Shown here: one piece after another, positions 8,487 through 18,235 of the stretch
How positions within the stretch are numbered: the first letter of the stretch is position 1
How the letters are laid out: the number at the start of each line of letters is the position of its first letter
Virus record (IMG/VR): IMGVR_UViG_3300005676_000004
Source of the DNA: a virus
Reading direction: 5' to 3' (one strand)
DNA: 64,000 nt
Translations under genes and position numbers: made by a program
Notes under the pieces: model-generated
The model's database searches: none
Seen by the model: the letters and a program-made list of their open reading frames with translations, nothing else
Told to the model about the DNA's origin: nothing

Positions 8487-8625
8487 CACCATTCTACATG
8501 TTGGACGTGATACAAAAACGAGAAAATGCATAATACGTATAAGTACGTAGTGTTTTTGCAATATATGGCTGTATATTCGTGAAACATTTGAACGGCAAGG
8601 TCGTTGTAACCCCCAAGGTGGAATT

Positions 8626-9060
8626 ATGAAACACAAGAAAACAAGTGAGGTGTCTTTGGTTGAGCGTGGTAAAATGTTTTGCATCAATCACGGTGCAAAT
8701 CAAACTCCGTACTGGGGAGGTAAAAGCTGTGATAACTTCACAACATCATTTGGAACGACAACTGTGAAGTACGTATGTCCAGATTGTGTAGCTAAACTTG
8801 TTCCAGTTGAACGTCGAAAGACTGAAGTGATTGATCCATTAACGGGTGAGAAACGAAAACCAGGTAGACCACGAAAAAATCCACCAAAGGTTTTACAACT
8901 AGATGAAAATGGTCAACCTATTCGTCGTGGTAGAGGACGGCCAGCAGGTGCAAAAAATAAGGCTACGTTGGAACGGGAGCGTATGATTCGAGAAGGAACT
9001 ATCGTCGTAGACAGCAGACCAAAACGTGGTCGAGGACGTCCACGTAAAGACTCTAACTAA
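8626..9060 (+). CDS. C4 zinc-finger protein with three AT-hook-like motifs
   Basis: C.N.....YWGGKSC...CPDC; KPGRPRK, RRGRGRP, KRGRGRPRK. Confidence 0.8.
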   Translation: MKHKKTSEVSLVERGKMFCINHGANQTPYWGGKSCDNFTTSFGTTTVKYVCPDCVAKLVPVERRKTEVIDPLTGEKRKPGRPRKNPPKVLQLDENGQPIRRGRGRPAGAKNKATLERERMIREGTIVVDSRPKRGRGRPRKDSN

Positions 9061-9083
9061 ATTAAACTTTCTCAACAAAACGA

Positions 9084-9614
9084 ATGCGACCAATCATGAC
9101 TGCAATACAAGCAAGAAACAAGCATATCCGTCGATGGAGTGCATACGTAATTATGTTCTTCGTAATTGACTGGCTCATAATGTTTTTTAACGGCACTTGG
9201 AACTCATTCATAACGGGAGCTATAAAGGACATGGGGCATCTATACCCATTTGGGTTTGTATGGTTTATAAATCTCATTGGGTTGCCCAACTTAGCTACAA
9301 ATTTAGGTTCTCTTATCTATATTCTAGTTACAAAGCACGTGTTGATATGGTCACTCGGCGTAATACCTCTAACACTCACCTTTGAATCTGAGCGTCTCGC
9401 TGGGGTAACGTTACGATCGTTCATCATCACCATTAGTGTCGTTTTAGTGTCATTAATGTTAGGTTTACTATGTGGTTGGTATGGATGGTTACCAGTTTTA
9501 CTCTTTATAGCTAAAATTATGTCAACGAGTAACTACACCAATTCATTCGGCGACAACGGCGAACTCAGTAAGACATTACGAGTCATAATTAATGACGAGG
9601 AGACACCAGAATGA
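9084..9614 (+). CDS. multi-pass membrane protein
   Basis: About 4-5 hydrophobic segments. Confidence 0.75.
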   Translation: MRPIMTAIQARNKHIRRWSAYVIMFFVIDWLIMFFNGTWNSFITGAIKDMGHLYPFGFVWFINLIGLPNLATNLGSLIYILVTKHVLIWSLGVIPLTLTFESERLAGVTLRSFIITISVVLVSLMLGLLCGWYGWLPVLLFIAKIMSTSNYTNSFGDNGELSKTLRVIINDEETPE

Positions 9615-9751
9615 GTATCTTACTAATATTAGCCACAATCGTCGTACTGATTGTTACAGCGGTTATTGTGGCACTAGTAATTGAACGAAACTCGTATGAG
9701 AACGACTCCTACGATGACAGTGTACTCACATCGTTGTATAGTGAAGAATGA
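9611..9751 (+). CDS. small membrane-anchored peptide (46 aa, absent from the ORF track)
   Basis: Hand translation MSILLILATIVVLIVTAVIVALVIERNSYENDSYDDSVLTSLYSEE; ATGA overlaps at both ends. Confidence 0.65.
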   Translation: MSILLILATIVVLIVTAVIVALVIERNSYENDSYDDSVLTSLYSEE

Positions 9752-10824
9752 ACGATACACAATTACAGCGCGTTGAGTTTAGACTTGGAGAACTGTTTAG
9801 TGGGCCAGGTGGGTTAGCACTTGGAGCTATCAACAGCTCCATTGAAGCTAATGAAAGGATATATTCCATACAACACGCTTGGGCTTCTGACTACGATAAG
9901 GATACGTGTGAGACATACCGTCGGAACATCTGTCCTGATAATCACACATCTGTAATTTGTGAAGATGTTAGTAATTTAGAGTTTGATCAGTTAGGGGAAA
10001 TAGACGCCCTGTCATTTGGATTTCCATGTAACGACTTCAGTGTTGTGGGGGAGCGAAAAGGTACTAATGGTAAGTTTGGACAATTGTATCAATATGGAGT
10101 TTCGGCACTTAAATTTTTCCAACCTTTATTTTTCGTTGCTGAGAACGTGGGTGGTTTGCGCAATTCAAACGATGGGAATGCCCTCCGCACAATCTTGAAT
10201 GAGTTGGAGAGTAGCGGATACAACGTAGTCCCACACTACTATCAGTTTGAACAATACGGAGTGCCACAAGCAAGGCATAGAATAGTTATTGTAGGAATAC
10301 GTGATGATTTGGGAATCGATTTCAAGGTTCCAGCTCCGTTAACAACACCTCCGATTACATCCCGCATGGCACTTGAAAATCCACCAATTGATATTAATGC
10401 TCCCAACCATACATTTGTAAAGCAGTCTGACCGAGTGGTTGAACGTTTGAAATACATCAAGGCTGGTGAAAATGCGTTTACTGCTAACATTCCAGACGAC
10501 TTAAAATTAAATGTCAAAGGCGCGAAGATCAGCACAATATACAAAAGACTTGATCCCGACAAGCCAGCATACACCATTACAGGGAGCGGGGGCGGAGGAA
10601 CACATGTTTACCATTGGAGTGAAAATCGCGCATTAACAAATCGCGAACGTGCACGACTACAAACTTTTCCAGATTCATTTGTATTTTCAGGCTCTCGTGA
10701 AAGTGTTCGTAAACAAATCGGCATGGCTGTGCCACCCGTGGCATCTAAAATAATTTTTACGTCAATTTTACAATGTTTGGCTGGGGTTGAATACCCAAAT
10801 GTAGAACACTCAATTTGGAAATGA
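9748..10824 (+). CDS. dcm: DNA (cytosine-5)-methyltransferase, orphan
   Basis: Motif I ELFSGPGG, catalytic GFPCNDFS, ENV, PQARHR, RERARLQTFPD, QIGMAVPP. Confidence 0.95.
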   Translation: MNDTQLQRVEFRLGELFSGPGGLALGAINSSIEANERIYSIQHAWASDYDKDTCETYRRNICPDNHTSVICEDVSNLEFDQLGEIDALSFGFPCNDFSVVGERKGTNGKFGQLYQYGVSALKFFQPLFFVAENVGGLRNSNDGNALRTILNELESSGYNVVPHYYQFEQYGVPQARHRIVIVGIRDDLGIDFKVPAPLTTPPITSRMALENPPIDINAPNHTFVKQSDRVVERLKYIKAGENAFTANIPDDLKLNVKGAKISTIYKRLDPDKPAYTITGSGGGGTHVYHWSENRALTNRERARLQTFPDSFVFSGSRESVRKQIGMAVPPVASKIIFTSILQCLAGVEYPNVEHSIWK

Positions 10825-10845
10825 AACGGTTTTTTCGTATATTTG
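10814..10845 (+). promoter_or_regulatory. Bacteroidota-type housekeeping-sigma promoter (putative early promoter)
   Basis: TTTG (10814-17), 20 nt, TATATTTG (10838-45) match TTTG-N19-21-TAnnTTTG; ATG at 10851. Confidence 0.75.
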
Positions 10846-10850
10846 AAACC

Positions 10851-11132
10851 ATGGACACAAAACTTCGCATCAAGTACTCCACGAAGTTCATCACCGATCT
10901 TCGTCGTTTTTTCCCAGATGATCCTGAAATAGTTGAGATGGCGGAAAATGGGGACACTAGTATTGGAACCATCCTACTCAGACGATCCGAGATCATTAAG
11001 GGGTTGATAAGAACACAAAAACGGTACGCAAACACGCGAGTACCGAAGTTTAATCGTATAAACGATCTTATTAAGACGTGGCAAACTGAGATAGCAGATG
11101 CTGGTATCATAATTCCGCTTGAGGGTAACTAA
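10851..11132 (+). CDS. hypothetical protein (start reassigned from 10815 to ATG 10851)
   Basis: In-frame ATG just downstream of the promoter match. Confidence 0.7.
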   Translation: MDTKLRIKYSTKFITDLRRFFPDDPEIVEMAENGDTSIGTILLRRSEIIKGLIRTQKRYANTRVPKFNRINDLIKTWQTEIADAGIIIPLEGN

Positions 11133-11347
11133 TGCGTGATGTAGCTATATCTCTAGATCAGATGCGCTTCATACTAGAAGAAGAGTATGCAGCTTGGGTT
11201 GGCGAAGACTTTGATCGCGAATATACATTAGTGGAACTACAAGATATGTTCGGTCATCTTCTGCTGACTGTTGAGAAGAATGGAATCATTCGCGGCAAAG
11301 ATTTTGGCGGTAAGACTAGAAAACTTGCACATACAATACAACAATAA
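11132..11347 (+). CDS. small hypothetical protein
   Basis: 71 aa; GAGG upstream; TAATG overlap. Confidence 0.7.
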   Translation: MRDVAISLDQMRFILEEEYAAWVGEDFDREYTLVELQDMFGHLLLTVEKNGIIRGKDFGGKTRKLAHTIQQ

Positions 11348-11359
11348 CTAAGGAACACT

Positions 11360-13168
11360 ATGAGTTTAAAATCTGAAGACATATTGCAGCAGATGAAGGA
11401 TGAGATTGCAGATGTTAACGTGTGGGTATCAAAAGACGGCGAAGTATTTGAGATGTCTGAACTTTCGAGTTTACGATTAGACCAGTTAATAGTAATCTTA
11501 CGGAAGAATATTGAGAAGCGGGGAACTGCCGCGTGTTACGGTCAGGCGCACAAGTTAGAAAGTCTTCAACGTTGGAGAGCAATACGTGATCAGTCTGATA
11601 ATGACATTAACGTTGATTCTAAGGTTGAAAGTAAGTATACCGTAGTTCTTCAGACAGATTTACAGAATTGGAACGAAAAAGATTTACGTAAAATTGTAGA
11701 TGGAAATGCTACGGTTCGTCTTAGCTCTAACATGTCTGCAAATACATCATACTTCATTCCCGTAATTGAACCTACAGCTCCCGATACTACACTTTTTACA
11801 GTGGCTGATGCGTCGGGGGTTAGTTCATTCTTATACCGACATGTCGCACTCAAAGTCGCTGAAAATTTTCAGGAGATAGCTAATGCCGTGCTGGAGGAGA
11901 AGACTGGAATACGAAAGAAGATGGATAGCCCATTCCCAGGTAAGGAAGGTTTGGGAGAGCTTACGAATCTGCCATTTTACGAAAGGTTAACACGTCTTCT
12001 GAGTATAGAGGACGCACTAACTGTATTGCTAGCGTATCGCCACAGATATACGCGGCACGTGGCGTGGAGTTTTGCGAATCCAGCACAGACCATTGGTGCT
12101 ACGTATGGACTTCCTAACTTTACTCAGGAAGACGAACGTAAAATGTATAATTTCATTTTCAACTGGTTCGAATCTCATGCTGTAGCTGAAAATAACGTGA
12201 AGCGTATCTTTGACGAAGATGGAAATGTGACGGATGACATATTGAGTGCGGTGTTTTATGTAACACAGTCTACGGGCAATCGTGATCCATTGACCAAATC
12301 TCTAGCACTGGATTGGTACAGAAGTAATGAAATATTAGCTTCAATGACTACTACTGACGTGTGTAACAAGATGGATCGAGTTGTTAACGGTAGCGCGGTA
12401 TGGAAATACAATGACATTACAAGTTGGATACAGGACGGATTTTATTTCAAAACTGGATTGACGTATGCACATATACTTTCTTTAAGCGTGTTACCTTTTA
12501 TAGAAGAGTGTGTAAAAAAACTTCGGTATGCAAATGTGACTGGTGTCCTTGACACAAAAGCAATGAAAGAAATAAACATCACGCCTGTCTTTGGAGTAAG
12601 CATTGATGATCTTCTACGACTAGAAGCATTCTTTCGAGAGAAGTCTGCCGATTCCACTATATCAGTTGAAGAATCACAAGTAGATGAATCGTTCCCACTT
12701 ACAACAGATGACATTCAAGAAATAATAGCGTGTGGATTTATCATCGATCCATCCGGCGTATTCAACGAAGGTGACAGCGGCAGAGAATTTGAACTTGTAT
12801 TCAAGTTTAACTCTGATGTATCAGAGGGGCCGATAGAGCTTAGAGTTCTTCTTGATTTTAATGATAACGAGTTCTCATACGTCACATCGGAATCAAGTTA
12901 CACGAGTAACGACATACAACAATTCATTGAAGTTGTTAACTCGTATCTCAAGAATATGAGTCTAGTCCATGGGCTGAAAAATTCGAACAGTTATTATCGT
13001 CCGTTTACCAATAACAAACATTCAGTTGCGGACAAACCATCTCGTACATCAACTACAGGTGACACGTCCGATTCTGATCCATATTTTGAATCGTCCAAAA
13101 GACCATCTGGACTAGAGTTTCAAGCGGTCATGAGTTCCATCAACACGGTTATGAATTCCATCATATGA
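11360..13168 (+). CDS. large hypothetical protein (602 aa)
   Basis: Long uninterrupted ORF with AAGGA upstream; no motif recognised. Confidence 0.85.
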   Translation: MSLKSEDILQQMKDEIADVNVWVSKDGEVFEMSELSSLRLDQLIVILRKNIEKRGTAACYGQAHKLESLQRWRAIRDQSDNDINVDSKVESKYTVVLQTDLQNWNEKDLRKIVDGNATVRLSSNMSANTSYFIPVIEPTAPDTTLFTVADASGVSSFLYRHVALKVAENFQEIANAVLEEKTGIRKKMDSPFPGKEGLGELTNLPFYERLTRLLSIEDALTVLLAYRHRYTRHVAWSFANPAQTIGATYGLPNFTQEDERKMYNFIFNWFESHAVAENNVKRIFDEDGNVTDDILSAVFYVTQSTGNRDPLTKSLALDWYRSNEILASMTTTDVCNKMDRVVNGSAVWKYNDITSWIQDGFYFKTGLTYAHILSLSVLPFIEECVKKLRYANVTGVLDTKAMKEINITPVFGVSIDDLLRLEAFFREKSADSTISVEESQVDESFPLTTDDIQEIIACGFIIDPSGVFNEGDSGREFELVFKFNSDVSEGPIELRVLLDFNDNEFSYVTSESSYTSNDIQQFIEVVNSYLKNMSLVHGLKNSNSYYRPFTNNKHSVADKPSRTSTTGDTSDSDPYFESSKRPSGLEFQAVMSSINTVMNSII

Positions 13169-13208
13169 GTTCCACCAACAATTTCACCACTAGCTTCTGA
13201 AAGGATTA

Positions 13209-13436
13209 ATGTATATGTGCTTAACAATGTTTATAATCGCCGCATTAGTAGTGTATCTAGTATTCAAAGAACGATCCTGGATAGCTGAGAAGTTATCAAG
13301 TGGTAAGGATACCTCAACCCCAAACAGCATACAAGTAGATGCTCCAACGGGAACAGTATATGCTGGTAGAATGCAAGAAGACTTAGACGAAAATCACACA
13401 TCAATCACGCTAGTATTTGAAAGAGTTCAAAAATGA
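13209..13436 (+). CDS. small membrane-anchored protein
   Basis: N-terminal hydrophobic helix. Confidence 0.65.
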   Translation: MYMCLTMFIIAALVVYLVFKERSWIAEKLSSGKDTSTPNSIQVDAPTGTVYAGRMQEDLDENHTSITLVFERVQK

Positions 13437-14485
13437 AGCCAAACATCCAATATGGCAAGTCACCCGTAACGATTAAACGAATTCTTAATAAGAAATTACA
13501 TGATTGGATTTCGTCTATTACGGATAGAGAAGTAGCTAGTATTGCAAAGGATAACGCAATAGTTACGGGTGGTGCAATAGCGTCATTATTACTTGGAGAA
13601 ACTGTAAACGATTATGATATCTACTTCAAGACAAAAGATGCCGCTAATGTTATTGCTCAGTACTATGCTTCGCAGTATCAAAAACTACAAGATGAAGCAA
13701 ATGGGGTAAGTGAGTCGGATACACCGAATGAGGAGAAGATACCATACATAGACGTTATCGTAGGGGAAGATCGAGTCACCTTCTTCAATAGGTCTGTCCG
13801 GTATACTGGAGACTTGAAGAAACTACCAAAATATTCTCCGATATTTTTTAGTCAGAATGCTATCACCTTGACGGATGCAGTTCAAATCATTACTAGGTTT
13901 TACGGGGACGTGACTGAGATTCATAAAAATTTTGATTTTGTACATGCAACATGTTCGTTTGACTACAAAACCAACACGCTACATACTCCAGTTGAAGCGT
14001 TACAATCTCTCCTCAGTAGGAATCTAAGTTATTGCGGCTCACTCTATCCAGTGGCTAGTATCTTTAGGATGAAAAAATTCCTCCAACGAGGTTGGCGTAT
14101 TAACGCTGGTCAGCAGTTGAAGATTATGATGCAAATTAATTCTCTCGACTTAAAAAACCTTGACGTCTTTAAAGAGCAAATGACTGGCGTTGACATAAGT
14201 CTTCTTAACGCCATAGTTATGGCAGTTGAAAAAGAACAACTTAAACACGAAGAAGCAGAATCTTATCGGGTCTCATTTGATTATGTTTCGACACTAATTG
14301 ATAGGTTCTTTGGCGATTCGGATGACGATGCGGATGTTGAACATAGTGAAGAAAATGCTTTGTTTGCTATTTCCCACACCGATGTTGCGGGGGCTATTGA
14401 CCTCCGCAACATTAAAGATACTACTGACCAAGGTGACGCCGAGAATGATAGCGATGATGATGACGTTGATACGTTTAACTGGTAA
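13433..14485 (+). CDS. Pol-beta-superfamily nucleotidyltransferase-like protein with an acidic tail
   Basis: VTGGAIASLLLGETVNDYDIYF (GG...DxD) and a later FDFVHA resembling the class II CCA/poly(A) polymerase head. Confidence 0.65.
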   Translation: MKPNIQYGKSPVTIKRILNKKLHDWISSITDREVASIAKDNAIVTGGAIASLLLGETVNDYDIYFKTKDAANVIAQYYASQYQKLQDEANGVSESDTPNEEKIPYIDVIVGEDRVTFFNRSVRYTGDLKKLPKYSPIFFSQNAITLTDAVQIITRFYGDVTEIHKNFDFVHATCSFDYKTNTLHTPVEALQSLLSRNLSYCGSLYPVASIFRMKKFLQRGWRINAGQQLKIMMQINSLDLKNLDVFKEQMTGVDISLLNAIVMAVEKEQLKHEEAESYRVSFDYVSTLIDRFFGDSDDDADVEHSEENALFAISHTDVAGAIDLRNIKDTTDQGDAENDSDDDDVDTFNW

Positions 14486-14496
14486 GGTGTACGCAC

Positions 14497-14730
14497 ATGA
14501 TGCCTGAAAGTTTGACGTCTGAGTTAGTTTCTGCGTTAGATACGCACGAGACACTGTATGCTGTCTACGATGGGGCTGGTCAATTAGTCTTTTATCGCGG
14601 CAAATCTACCTTCACTAGTGAGCAAGAAGTTGACCGTGCTATTGAATTTATATCAAATGTCAGTGGCGTTAGCTTGGCGTATCCACCACCATTTTCAGTT
14701 ATAGCATACCAATTACACAAGAAGGTGTAA
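14497..14730 (+). CDS. small hypothetical protein
   Basis: 77-aa ATG ORF. Confidence 0.6.
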   Translation: MMPESLTSELVSALDTHETLYAVYDGAGQLVFYRGKSTFTSEQEVDRAIEFISNVSGVSLAYPPPFSVIAYQLHKKV

Positions 14731-14815
14731 TGTGTTGAATACGTAAAATTACCTATTCAAACTGTGAGTTAACTAGCGTAGATTGCACAACATTCTACAT
14801 CAAGCACTAAACGCA

Positions 14816-15886
14816 ATGTCCACTCAGCACATACCTCAAATCTCATTAGACCATCTCCGTTCGCTAGAGCTAGATGGTCTAATCACGTTACGGCAACACC
14901 CCGAACTTGAAATGTTCATTGCAAACTACACACCTAAGGTGCAGTACGAGCGTCTATGGACTCCAACACTATTGGAATGCCGTGGCTTGATAATTTCAGA
15001 GTCGGGCGAAATTTTGGCTAGACCATTCCCAAAGTTTTTTAACGTTGGAGAACTTGAAGGTTTATCAATATCAATTCCAGACTCGGAGTTTGAAGTGTAC
15101 GAAAAGGTGGACGGGTCTCTAGGCATTTTGTATTGGGATGGTGATACACCTAAGATAGCAACACGAGGATCGTTTACGTCAGATCAAGCAATTGAAGCAA
15201 CTCGGATGTTATCTCAATACGATCTAACACCATGCTACGCGAATCGGGATAAAACATTTCTCTTTGAAATTGTGTATCCTGAAAATCGCGTGGTTGTCAA
15301 CTATGGAGACTTACGACACCTAGTATTTCTAGGGTGCAGGACTCTTGATGGGAATGATGTAACCGACTGGAGAAACCTATGTCCAGGTGGGATGATTTCG
15401 GCCACTATCTATGACTATGCAGACTGGCGAACTATTCCCACCAATCTTACGCATGGCGAAGGTTTCGTAATTAAGTTTTCTAATGGCTTTCGAATGAAGA
15501 TCAAGATGGAGGATTATTTACGAATCCATTATGTACGTTCACAGCTAACTGATACCGCAGTCTGGAATAATTTATCAACGGGAGTATCTCTTTCGTTGCT
15601 AGACATTCCCGATGAGTTCGCAGATTGGTATCGTACAACCGAGACTCGGCTCAAAGAGCAGTACGAAGACATTTATCAGCAAGCTGTGTCCTTGTACATG
15701 CGTCACCGAGACGCAATTCAGTCTGGTCAGCGAACACGAAAAGACGTCGCCTTAGAACTACTTGAAAACCACAAATCACTAGCGTCAATTGTCTTCAGAA
15801 TGTTGGATGAAAAGTCTTATGCTGATCAAATTTGGTCAATGATTAAACCGTCAAATGTGACGAGTTACGGTGAAATATCCGAATAA
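14816..15886 (+). CDS. T4 Rnl1-like RNA ligase (ATG 14816 preferred; track start 14783)
   Basis: ECRGLI, ARPFPKFFN, motif I EKVDGSLG, ATRGSF, FEIVYPENRVVV, EGFV, RMKIK. Confidence 0.9.
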   Translation: MSTQHIPQISLDHLRSLELDGLITLRQHPELEMFIANYTPKVQYERLWTPTLLECRGLIISESGEILARPFPKFFNVGELEGLSISIPDSEFEVYEKVDGSLGILYWDGDTPKIATRGSFTSDQAIEATRMLSQYDLTPCYANRDKTFLFEIVYPENRVVVNYGDLRHLVFLGCRTLDGNDVTDWRNLCPGGMISATIYDYADWRTIPTNLTHGEGFVIKFSNGFRMKIKMEDYLRIHYVRSQLTDTAVWNNLSTGVSLSLLDIPDEFADWYRTTETRLKEQYEDIYQQAVSLYMRHRDAIQSGQRTRKDVALELLENHKSLASIVFRMLDEKSYADQIWSMIKPSNVTSYGEISE

Positions 15887-16172
15887 CTCGTCATTATTGA
15901 CGACTAACTTGAAGGCGTCTACTATGCAAAAAATTCAGAGAACTATACGACACGTATTTCCGACGGAATTGCATGTTGGATTAAGTGTCATGTATATACC
16001 GAATTACGCAATAGGGATTGACGACCATCCCGATGTGGAGCATGGCTTTATATCAAGCGTCAATACTACCGAGCATGGTACAGTAGTCTTCGTACGATAC
16101 ATTCGTCGCGATGGCAAACTTGGAGCGACTGGTAAAGCCACGCCTATCGAAAATCTATTTACATTTGCATAA
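15870..16172 (+). CDS. small hypothetical protein
   Basis: 100-aa ORF; may start at an internal ATG (MQKIQ). Confidence 0.6.
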   Translation: MKYPNNSSLLTTNLKASTMQKIQRTIRHVFPTELHVGLSVMYIPNYAIGIDDHPDVEHGFISSVNTTEHGTVVFVRYIRRDGKLGATGKATPIENLFTFA

Positions 16173-16195
16173 GTGTAACCTTTTTCGTAGGTTTG
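16164..16195 (+). promoter_or_regulatory. Bacteroidota-type housekeeping-sigma promoter (putative early promoter)
   Basis: TTTG (16164-67), 20 nt, TAGGTTTG (16188-95). Confidence 0.75.
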
Positions 16196-16843
16196 CGTAT
16201 GAGCATGGAAACTGAAACTACTTTCACAGGAGACATCATGGGCTGGCACGGATCACAAATGGGATTGCATCAGTCAAAACTTGAGTTTGTTCTGGAGATG
16301 GGAAGACCAGCCGAGGGAGTTTCTATCGTGGACTATGCTCAACGAGGCCACACATTCTACATCGCGTACAAACGTGCAGATACAGGACGTGTGACAGCAT
16401 GTGTGGCTCTGCTAAAAACGACTAAGGACGGGTGGGGCTACGTAAAATTTATAGATGAAGAATGCGGCCCACTCCACTACGATTGCCCCAAACGCATCCT
16501 AGACAAACTTAGCCCAACTACACACGAATATGCTCTGGAATGGCGTAAGAAGTGTCACGCTCAGCGAGGCGAAGCTGCGGCTCAACGTAATGGGAAGACA
16601 AACTTTGTACCAGAGTCTGTTATCACGTTAGAACAGCCGATTGCGTTCGTGTTACGTGGTAAAAATGTGCTAGTACGACAGTTCCAGATACCAGCCGATT
16701 TTGAACCACGGAAACCTCGATTCATAGCAATTCCAGACGACACCGATCACCCCCCATTCCGTTGTAGGTTGTCCCATTGGGCACTTCGAAAACTTCGTAC
16801 CAACGGAACTGTACGAAGTTCTCTGAACGTAGAAACGGCTTAA
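16193..16843 (+). CDS. DUF6927-like protein (true start probably a downstream ATG)
   Basis: MGW...FYIAY...V..L...GY.KFIDEECGP..YDCP..IL..L.PT....A.EWR.KC pattern recalled for DUF6927. Confidence 0.6.
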   Translation: MRMSMETETTFTGDIMGWHGSQMGLHQSKLEFVLEMGRPAEGVSIVDYAQRGHTFYIAYKRADTGRVTACVALLKTTKDGWGYVKFIDEECGPLHYDCPKRILDKLSPTTHEYALEWRKKCHAQRGEAAAQRNGKTNFVPESVITLEQPIAFVLRGKNVLVRQFQIPADFEPRKPRFIAIPDDTDHPPFRCRLSHWALRKLRTNGTVRSSLNVETA

Positions 16844-16855
16844 TAAAATCTTTTC

Positions 16856-17605
16856 ATGACGGTAACGTATCTACCAACAAAAATCAATAAACAAGGAACT
16901 TGCATGAGTCATTGCATAAAGGCTACCATCATAACAAAATCTGAGGCGGATGCTCTTCTGAGAAAAACTGAGAGTTTAGAGCACGATACTTCACTGACTG
17001 ATGATGAATTTGACGAAAAGCTAGAGGTGAGGCGTGACGCCATACTTAAAACATTTGAGGACTCACTGTCTATTTTTAGAATTTCAGCGTTTGACAAGCT
17101 ACGGCGTCTTCTGTTCTACAACCTAATCGGCGCACAGCATTTTAACGGTGGAGTCAGTGGTAATGGTGGTGTTGGACAGTTCCCGATAAAAGAACTACGC
17201 TCGTCTATTCAAAAGGCAACGTTCTTTTATGATGACACTGAAACACTCAAGAGCGCACCGTATCTGTTTGAAGAGAGTTCGCTAATCAACGAGGACTCCA
17301 AGTCAGTTCTTCGGTTTTTGGCTGAACGTTTGGATGACGTACTTCGTCAAGGGGGATTTGACCTCAACGATGTTATAATGTATGAAGTTTCTTCAAGTGG
17401 CACACCAAGTAATTCCGATAGCATTACTCACACGTGGTCTGGATCATTAGAGGATGCACTCAGTGTAGCATTCTATCCCGAGCAACTAGATGATTTTATT
17501 AACGCCGCACGTGAACACCTAGCGGACATTATCTTGTTCTTACAAACAATAGTCGATAACTATGACGATAACAACGATGATGTAATTGTGTTGTATTTTG
17601 GTTGA
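16856..17605 (+). CDS. hypothetical acidic protein (start possibly ATG about 16904)
   Basis: 249-aa ORF; AAGGA precedes the internal ATG. Confidence 0.75.
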   Translation: MTVTYLPTKINKQGTCMSHCIKATIITKSEADALLRKTESLEHDTSLTDDEFDEKLEVRRDAILKTFEDSLSIFRISAFDKLRRLLFYNLIGAQHFNGGVSGNGGVGQFPIKELRSSIQKATFFYDDTETLKSAPYLFEESSLINEDSKSVLRFLAERLDDVLRQGGFDLNDVIMYEVSSSGTPSNSDSITHTWSGSLEDALSVAFYPEQLDDFINAAREHLADIILFLQTIVDNYDDNNDDVIVLYFG

Positions 17606-17630
17606 AATCAACAACTTACATGAATTTGGA

Positions 17631-17640
17631 GATATTTATA
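17631..17640 (+). promoter_or_regulatory. GATATTTAT motif (putative late promoter) upstream of the lysozyme gene
   Basis: Intergenic; the same motif occurs at 22371, 40111, 52712, 56116 and 63006. Confidence 0.55.
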
Positions 17641-17733
17641 AGTAAGGTCGGTATAATAAGTGTTCCAAGTAACACCTTCTGCAACAGCAGAAAAGAATGT
17701 AAAACATTTATGTAAAACCAACGTGAGAGTTCA

Positions 17734-18228
17734 ATGAAAACAAAGTCTAAGGTTGGCGTCACTATGATGATCGTCTGCTGCGTAATGCTTGCATTAGCGT
17801 TTGCAACGCCATCATTAAATCGTAATGACGTCATGAAAGATGTGTTGTATTCGTCAATATCCTGGGTTGAATCTAAGGGTAAACCGAATGCAAAGTCGAG
17901 AGATGGTTCAGTAGGTATCGTTCAAATAAAACCAGTAATGGTAGCAGAGGTTAATCGAATCTGTAAAATACGAAACCTTGATAAGAAATTTACACTCAAG
18001 GATCGCCTTGATCCTGAAAAGTCCAAGGAGATGTTCTGGATTTTTCACGAGTTCTATGATGATGACATTAATTGGGACTCGCTGTCAACAGCAGACCTTG
18101 AAACGTTAGCCCGAAGATGGAACGGCGGTCCAATAGGACACCGAAAACGTTCAACGAAAAAATACTGGAAACGAGTACTAAATCGAATTAACTTGGAGAT
18201 GGAGACTCGTAATTTTAGCGAACTGTAA
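17734..18228 (+). CDS. secreted lysozyme-like muramidase / lytic transglycosylase (destabilase/i-type-like)
   Basis: N-terminal signal-like hydrophobic segment; VES.G...A...DGSVG.VQI catalytic-Glu motif; ARRWNGGP. Confidence 0.75.
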   Translation: MKTKSKVGVTMMIVCCVMLALAFATPSLNRNDVMKDVLYSSISWVESKGKPNAKSRDGSVGIVQIKPVMVAEVNRICKIRNLDKKFTLKDRLDPEKSKEMFWIFHEFYDDDINWDSLSTADLETLARRWNGGPIGHRKRSTKKYWKRVLNRINLEMETRNFSEL

Positions 18229-18235
18229 GACAATC

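Noticed and set aside
10851-11347. Cognate restriction endonuclease or Vsr next to the methyltransferase
   Set aside because: The ORFs are short, show no PD-(D/E)xK, HNH or GIY-YIG motif, and are separated from the MTase by their own promoter
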